DNA from: Azolla caroliniana
Taxonomy: Eukaryota > Plantae > Polypodiophyta
Length of the DNA: 64,000 nucleotides
Direction of reading: 5' to 3'
NCBI GenBank assembly: GCA_043228905.1
Contig: JBHGNT010000004.1
Coordinates: 806,001-870,000, forward strand
Numbering within the stretch: the first letter of the stretch is position 1; each line of letters begins with the position of its first letter. Shown piece by piece: positions 57,681-64,000 of the stretch. The notes beneath the pieces were generated by a model. That model saw only the letters and a program-made list of their open reading frames with translations, was not told the DNA's origin and made no database searches. Made by a program: the position numbers and the translations under genes.

Positions 57681-58918
57681 AGACGGGCCGGTTTTCTCAG
57701 TCCCAACTCTCTTGGCGCATACCGGAGGATGCGCGGTTAGGTGGGGGCGGATGTCGTGAAGAAAACCGTCCATAGGCGGAATCGGCGCACCTAGGCGTGG
57801 GAACCGGTTCTTCACGCGCGCAAGCTCCAAGTAGTACGAAGAAGCGAGTTAGGAGGGTAATCGGCAGGAACGGGCCCTAACATAGGTGGAGACAAAGACC
57901 GCGCGAACAGTCTTTTCGGTCGCGCGCGCGAGCTAGGGGACGGCACGAGTCGGCGGCGTAACTACGCGGATGCGTGAAGAACGGAGCGGATCCCTGCTCG
58001 AAAGGGACAGGGAATAAAGCTGACAGGACGGCCTGCTCGTCGGGCTATATAAGAGCAGGAAAGAGCTGTTGCAGGTATCTCGCGCGGAGAGGACGAAGTG
58101 CTGTCGGACCGTTTCTGGACACTTCTCTCTCTCTGTTTCCTTCCTTCTTGAGCTCCATAGCTTTCTGTGCAGGGTTCCGAGGAGGCTCGCGCTGTTTCGA
58201 GGAACGCCCGAGTGCTTCCGGCAGCCCCTTTGTGCGTCGAAGTGAACAGGCATCGGCATCTGTTCGCCGGCCTGTTCGGTTGTAACCAACCTGTGCCCCG
58301 TCGAGGGTTGTAGTCGTGTTAGCCATTTTTCTTAATACACATATTTAGTCATTCGCATCTGTCTGTGTCGGTGTCTGTTCGCGTTCACCGTGCTGAAGGG
58401 CCGCGTCCCTGTGTATCCCCGGCCTGCGTAGCCGGTTCTCTCCCTTTCTCCTCCCTCGCTTGCTCTTTGGTTCGAGACCCCCGCGGTCCTGCCTCGTTTC
58501 CACACGCACTTGCGTAAAATCTCGACAACGTCATCTCCTCCGACGAAGTACAGATGGACCCAGAGAAGACGGAAGCAGTCCAAAAATTCCTACGCCCCAC
58601 CACAGTCAAGCAGCTTCAACGCTTCCTCGGCCTCCTCACGTTCTCTCTCCGCTTCATCCCACGACTAGCCGACCTGTCCGCCCCAGTATGCGCGCTCCTG
58701 CAAAAAGACGCACCCTTCCTATGGACCGAAGCCTGCGAATCCAACTTCCTGTAGCTCAAGCAAACACTCCAAGCCTCTAACCTCCTCGCCCACCCTGATT
58801 TCATGAAGCCTTTCCATCTGCAGACGGATGCCTCCAATGTCGGCCTGGGTGCGGTCCTACTCCAATCCGACGACAACGACCAACTCCGCCCGATTGCCTA
58901 CATAAGTCGGTCACTTAC

Positions 58919-58962
58919 TGTTATGAAATAGGTCCCTCCGGATGGGAAGTGAAAAGAACCGT
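58919..58962 (+). mobile_element. Probable first 44 bp of another LTR (element F), itself interrupted by E
   Basis: G RNase H homology stops at ISRSL-T and is followed by TGTTATGAA, resembling the TGTCATGAA/TGTCGTGAA starts of the other LTRs. Confidence 0.55.
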
Positions 58963-59785
58963 TGTCGTGAAGAAAACCGTCCATAGGCGGAATCGGCGCA
59001 CCTAGGCGTGGGAACCGGTTCTTCACGCGCGCAAGCTCCAAGTAGTATGAAGAAGCGAGTTAGGGGGATAATCGGCAGGAACGGGCCCTAACATAGGTGG
59101 AGACAAAGACCGCGCGAACAGTCTTTTCGGTGGCGCGCGCGAGCTAAGGGACGGCACGAGTAGGCGGCGTAACTACGCGGATGCGCGAAGAACGGAGCGG
59201 ATCCCTGTTCGAAAGGGACAGGGAATAAAGATGACAGGACGGCCTGCTCGTCGGGCTATATAAGAGCAGGAAAGAGCTGTTGCAGAGGGATCTCGGACGG
59301 AGAGGACGAAGTGCTGTCGGACCGTTTCTGGACGCTTCTCTCTCTCTGTTTCCTTCCTTCTTGAGCTCCATAGCTTTCTGTGTAGGGTTCCGAGGAGGCT
59401 CGCGCTGTTTCGAGGAACGCCTGAGTGCTTCCGGCAGCCCCTTTGTGCGTCGAAGTGAACAGGCATCGGCATCTGTTCGCCGGCCTGTTCGGTTGTAACC
59501 AACCTGTGCCCCGTCGAGGGTTGTAGTCGTGATTAGCCATTTTCTTAATATACATATTAAGTCATTCACATCTGTCTGTGTCGGTCTCTGTTCGCGTTCT
59601 CCGTGCTGAAGGGCCGTGTCCCTGTGTATCCCCGGTCCCGCGTAGCCGGTTCTCTCTCTTTCTCCTCCCTCGCTTGCTCTTTGGTTCGAGACCCCCGCGG
59701 TCCCGCCTCGATTCCACACGCACTTGCTTAATATCTCGACATCTTTGGTGAACCCGACGTGAAAGAGGCGGCAGAAGAGCAGAAG

Positions 59786-61912
59786 ATGAGGGGGTCGGAT
59801 CTCGCAGAGGCCATGGCTTCGGCCGTGGATCGGATTGTAAACGCGCGCGAGAGCACCGGTGCCCTCGACAGAGCTATTGAGGCGGTCGTCGGCACGATCG
59901 GCCGGTTCAATGGGAAGGATGCCACGAAGTATTTGGCGTCCTACGGTGCAGAGATGCTGATGCGGGACATTCCGGAAGAAAGGCGTCTTGCCGGATTTCC
60001 CCGAGTGGCGATGCCAAGCATCCATGCGGAGGTGCTCGAGGTGCGGACGGAGAGCCGTACCTGGGAGGAGTTCGAAGGTCGGCTCCTAGAGAAATACGGG
60101 CTGGACGACGCGCTCCGGCTTTCGAAGCGAAGGTTCATGGAATGGGTGGAGTCCCCGGGGAAGGGAAGAAACGCGTCGGCGCTCCTCCGGGAGTTCGAGG
60201 AAAACTTTGCGCGCCTTTCGGCGCTCGACCGAACCATCCTGGACACGAGCCGGGTCTTGCTGTTTGTCAAGTCGGTCGACGAGCGGGATCGGGAGCAAGT
60301 GGGCCTCTTGCTGGAAACCGAAGACGGGCTCACTACCGACTGGGCGGCTGTCAGGAAGGTCTGTGGCCGTTTCGACAAACGGCGAGAATGGGCGGATAAC
60401 GGGGCGACCGGGTCGGGCTCGGTCGCAGCAAGGAAGCTCGAACCAGCGCCACAGGTGCGCAAGGAAGAGACCCGGGAGTGGTTGGAAACCGGTTCGGCTT
60501 CGACCGGCGTAGTCAGAGGCTCAACCGGAGGAGCGGCGCTGGAGGAATTGACGAAGGCGATAAAGGACCTCCAAATCGCGCAGGCCCGAAGGGAAGGAGG
60601 CGAACCGGCTCGTGACCGACGGCCGGCGGCAGGAAACAGGTGCATGTGGTGCGATGAAGTCGGCCACATTCGGAAGGACTGCGGCGACTTCGCGGAGGCG
60701 CTGAGGAACAGGGTGGTGTACCTGTGGGAAGGACGGGTGCATGCCAGCGACACCCGAAGGGCCCTGAGCCGAAACGACGGAAAGGGTGGTATGAAAAGGC
60801 TGATGGAAGAGGCGGCGGCCCGACACGCGGAAATCGTCCACTACTCGGCGTCGGCCGGCATTCGAGTCGGGGGCGGCGAGGCCCGAAGGGAAAGCAAAGC
60901 CGGATTCTGGCCGACGATGCTGGAAGGCCTTGCCGGTGCAAGGCTTGAAGGGGAGGAATCGGACCGCGCGGAGAAACGAGTACGGGAGATAACCGGGTGG
61001 AGCGACCCGGTCGAGGAAAGGACGGGCTTCGTGGAAGCCGCTTGCCAGAATTACGAGGCTCTGGTAGAAGAGAAGCGGGTGGGGAGACCCGGGACGACCG
61101 GGCCCTCACAACGATACGAGACCCGGTCCGGGCCACGACGGGACGAAGCCGGCGGGGCCGGTACGAAAGATAAACCCCAGAAGGGCGGGTACCGTCTGGG
61201 GACGGAGATAGAAAGGACCACGGACTTACGAAAGGTCCTGGAAGAACGGATCCTCGACAGTAAGGTGGAGCTGTCGTTACGAGAGGTGCTGGGAATCGCC
61301 AAGAAGGAGTTCCACGACTCCATCGTGGACTTGGTGAAACGGAAGAGGCTGTCAACGGAGACAGAACCGGAAAGACCAGTGGAAGTGCGGACGACGCACC
61401 TAGACGACATGGCGCTGGGAGACGAGTGGGCGGAAAGCCACTATTCGAGACCACACTGGGCCCGAGCGACCACGGAAACCCCGGTGAAGATCGGCGATGT
61501 CCAGGAACCGGTGATAGCTTTGGTTGACCACGGATCGGAGATCAACTTGATGTCCATGGACTTCTATAAGAAGGGCAAATGGCCGATCAACACCAAGCAC
61601 GGGTGGAAAATAAGGGCGGCAACGCGCGCCACCGAGGAGCTGCACGGGGCCTGTCCGAATGTGCGAGTCAAGATCGGCGACGTCGAGATTGACCAGCACT
61701 TCTTCGTGCAGGAGACATCTTCGCATCCGGTCATACTGGGAGAACCGTACATCACGGCGGCGCGGATGGAGACCAAGGTGTTGGACAACGGTTCGGCCTA
61801 CGCGAGGGTCAAAAGCCAAGACGGGCGCCATTCGGTCCAGTTTCTGACGGTACGGCCGAACCACGAACGTAACCGCGACTCCCTCGGCTCCGCAAACCGA
61901 GAGGATTTTTAG
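59786..61912 (+). CDS. Gag-protease ORF of E
   Basis: ORF 59759-61912 differs from D at only a few residues. Confidence 0.9.
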   Translation: MRGSDLAEAMASAVDRIVNARESTGALDRAIEAVVGTIGRFNGKDATKYLASYGAEMLMRDIPEERRLAGFPRVAMPSIHAEVLEVRTESRTWEEFEGRLLEKYGLDDALRLSKRRFMEWVESPGKGRNASALLREFEENFARLSALDRTILDTSRVLLFVKSVDERDREQVGLLLETEDGLTTDWAAVRKVCGRFDKRREWADNGATGSGSVAARKLEPAPQVRKEETREWLETGSASTGVVRGSTGGAALEELTKAIKDLQIAQARREGGEPARDRRPAAGNRCMWCDEVGHIRKDCGDFAEALRNRVVYLWEGRVHASDTRRALSRNDGKGGMKRLMEEAAARHAEIVHYSASAGIRVGGGEARRESKAGFWPTMLEGLAGARLEGEESDRAEKRVREITGWSDPVEERTGFVEAACQNYEALVEEKRVGRPGTTGPSQRYETRSGPRRDEAGGAGTKDKPQKGGYRLGTEIERTTDLRKVLEERILDSKVELSLREVLGIAKKEFHDSIVDLVKRKRLSTETEPERPVEVRTTHLDDMALGDEWAESHYSRPHWARATTETPVKIGDVQEPVIALVDHGSEINLMSMDFYKKGKWPINTKHGWKIRAATRATEELHGACPNVRVKIGDVEIDQHFFVQETSSHPVILGEPYITAARMETKVLDNGSAYARVKSQDGRHSVQFLTVRPNHERNRDSLGSANREDF

Positions 61913-64000
61913 AGAGGACTGCCAAGGCGTGGGGCCGCGGCAGTCCGGATGCTCCGGGAAAACCCCACATCTGTACGATAAAACCGTGTACAATAGGTAG
62001 GAAATTTTGCTTCTCCGACAACGGAGCATGTGCGTTGGTCGGCATCACCGGCCGAGAGAAAACCAAGACGGAGGGGAGACTTCGGGCGTGCGGAGTTCTC
62101 GGCCCTGACGAAGAAATCAACGGAGCCGTGGAGGCAGTCTCCTTCGACGACACCTTGGGAATGCTGGGGAGGGTAGTCGAAGAAGACCTTATCGAGGACC
62201 GGGCGATACCGGTATGTTCAGAAGAAATGTACGAAGTCATCGCGGACTTCGGTCGAGGGCTCGAGTCGGAACGGACGGCCCGAGTTAGCACCAAGTACAA
62301 GACTGTGGACCGGAAGGTGAGGCCAGTTGCGGCGCCCCTACTGGAGGGCAGCGAATCCCGAATCAAAGGGGTTGCATCGGACCCCAGCTTACGGGATCCG
62401 GCCTGCATAGGACACACCTTCACCAACGAGACGCTCCGTGAGCTGAAGATCGGTGGGGGCGGGTTCCTACTGCCAGCGGAGGAAGACCGGTTCCGGAGAA
62501 TGCTCGGAAGGCACGGGAAAGCCTTCGCATTCTCACCGGAGGAAATCGGGTGCGTAGACCCGACGACCGTAGAGCCGATGGTGATATTCACGGTACCGCA
62601 TGTACCGTGGAATCTCAAGCCAATTCTGGTTCCGAGAGCTCACATCCCGAAGTTGATGGAGCTGTTGAAGCAGAAAGTTGATATGGGCATTCTCAAGCCG
62701 TCGAGCGCCCCGTACTCGAACCGGTGGTTTACCGTACCAAAGAAAAACGGATCGTTGCGCTTCATTCAGGACCTGCAACCGGTCAATAGGGTGACCATTC
62801 GGAACGCAGGGATCGGACCGACCATAGATGAGTTCGCGGAGGCCTTCGCCGGAAGGTCGATTTACTCGGTCGGTGATCTATATTCAGGGTACGACAAGTT
62901 CCAGCTAGCCGTGGAGAGCAGAGACATTACGACGATGCGAACTCCCCTCGGCCTAGTGCGGATGTGTACGCTGCCGCAAGGAGGGACCAACTCGGTGGCC
63001 CACATGGTGAATGCAATGAACAAGGTGCTGAGGGACTGCATCCCGGACATCACCATGCCGTTTCTAGACGACATCCCGATCAAGGGATGCCCGGTAGAAG
63101 AGAAGGACGAGACGATCGGGCCGGACGGATGCCGGCGATTCGTGGTAACGCACATCGACGACTGCGAGAAGGTGCTGCAAAGGCTAGAGGATGCGAGGCT
63201 AACCTTCTCGGGGGAGAAATCAGCCTTCGGGCAGTCGGAAATCATGGTGGTCGGACACTTATGTGGGCCGTATGGCCGGAAACCGTCTCCGGCAAAGGTA
63301 GAAGCCATCTCCGCGATGAAGCCCGACTGCAGCTCGGTCACGGAAGTACGAAGATTCCTGGGGGCATGCGCATTCTACCACATATGGATCCCGCATTACG
63401 CGCACGTCGCGGAGCCGCTGTACGGGTTATTGAAGAAAGGGCGAAGATTCGAATGGCTAGACAAGCACACGGAGTCGGTCCGGAAGCTGAAGGAGGCTCT
63501 TTCGGCAGCACCGGCGCTCCGAAAGGCCGTCTACAGGAAGGGCACCCCAGTGTACATAACGGTTGACACGAGTCCGACGGGAATCGGGTGGGTCGTCAAC
63601 CAAGAAGATGAGGACGGCAATCGGTTTCCGGTCCGATTCGGTGCGAAGGTCCTCAGCGAACGGCAGCGAGGATACGCCCAGGTTAAACGCGAGCTCTGGG
63701 GTATCGTTTCGGCGGTAAAGGCCGACAAGGACTATCTGATCGGGACAGAGGTAATTATAGAGACGGATTGCATGCCGATTCTCGGCATGATTTCCGGATG
63801 CGCGACGCCGGACCTGGCAATGCTCAGGTGGATAGCGTACATCAAGTCCCTGGACCCGGAAATACGACACATTTCCGGGAAAGACAACGCCATGGCCGAC
63901 ATGCTTTCAAGGGCAAGATTCGATGACGAGGGCGGCATGGTTTCGGAGGACGAAGACGTCGGCGTGGACTTCTTCGAGACTGCGTATGTAACAACCGACG
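61903..64000 (+). CDS. RT-RNase H ORF of E (partial)
   Basis: Colinear with D 54192-56290. Confidence 0.88.

Larger units (their letters stand above)
51255..58527 (+). mobile_element. Element D: intact GC-rich Ty3/gypsy, tRNA-Trp primed, no chromodomain
   Basis: 776-bp LTRs 51255-52030 and 57752-58527 (about 3 differences seen); 4-bp TSD ACGT; PPT-like aggtgggggcgga before the 3' LTR. Confidence 0.97.
42705..58918 (+). mobile_element. Element G: decayed, 5'-truncated A-like Ty3/gypsy acting as host; pieces ~42705-43142, 44235-45535, 51227-51254 and 58528-58918
   Basis: gag (RDQGPTT, CFYCNNYGHIRRHC); RT reads across the insertions WKKCRWGSM|RLRFLGYV|ISSDEVQMDP; RNase H LQTDAS..AYISRSL; homologous to A; no 5' LTR seen. 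Confidence 0.88.
58963..64000 (+). mobile_element. Element E: second copy of the D family, running off the window end
   Basis: 5' LTR 58963-59741; Trp PBS 59746-59763; gag-PR and pol nearly identical to D. Confidence 0.96.

Noticed and set aside
51436-63938. Many overlapping and antisense ORFs of 100-313 aa in D and E, including LTR ORFs
   Set aside because: Expected in GC-rich DNA with few stop codons; no recognisable domains, and ORF boundaries often differ between D and E

Overview
Nuclear DNA of a land plant, probably a fern (inferred from the PLS-PPR style, Tcn1-like chromoviruses and a ycf3 fragment with pre-editing-like codons). Five host genes: a PLS-class PPR gene, a 73-aa four-exon protein, S1FA, an mPGES-2-type glutaredoxin/GST gene and a NIMA-related kinase. 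Two nested Ty3/gypsy clusters flank most of them. At 5.5-16.6 kb, tRNA-Ala-primed element A contains young chromovirus B, which contains a MITE. At 42.7-64 kb, decayed A-like element G is hit by a solo LTR, chromovirus C, GC-rich tRNA-Trp-primed element D and a probable further LTR start F, which contains E, a second copy of D. The main signal is in the LTRs of B and C. They have no tRNA primer site but an 11-nt site complementary to their own predicted transcript start, with compensatory changes between the two families (Tf1-type self-priming). They also carry phased heat-shock-element arrays and antisense tRNA-like A/B-box modules, and these modules recur in an unrelated solo LTR. Also present: three types of -1 frameshift signal, a hAT carrying a PPR fragment, and a plastid-derived insertion. 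All alignments were done by eye.
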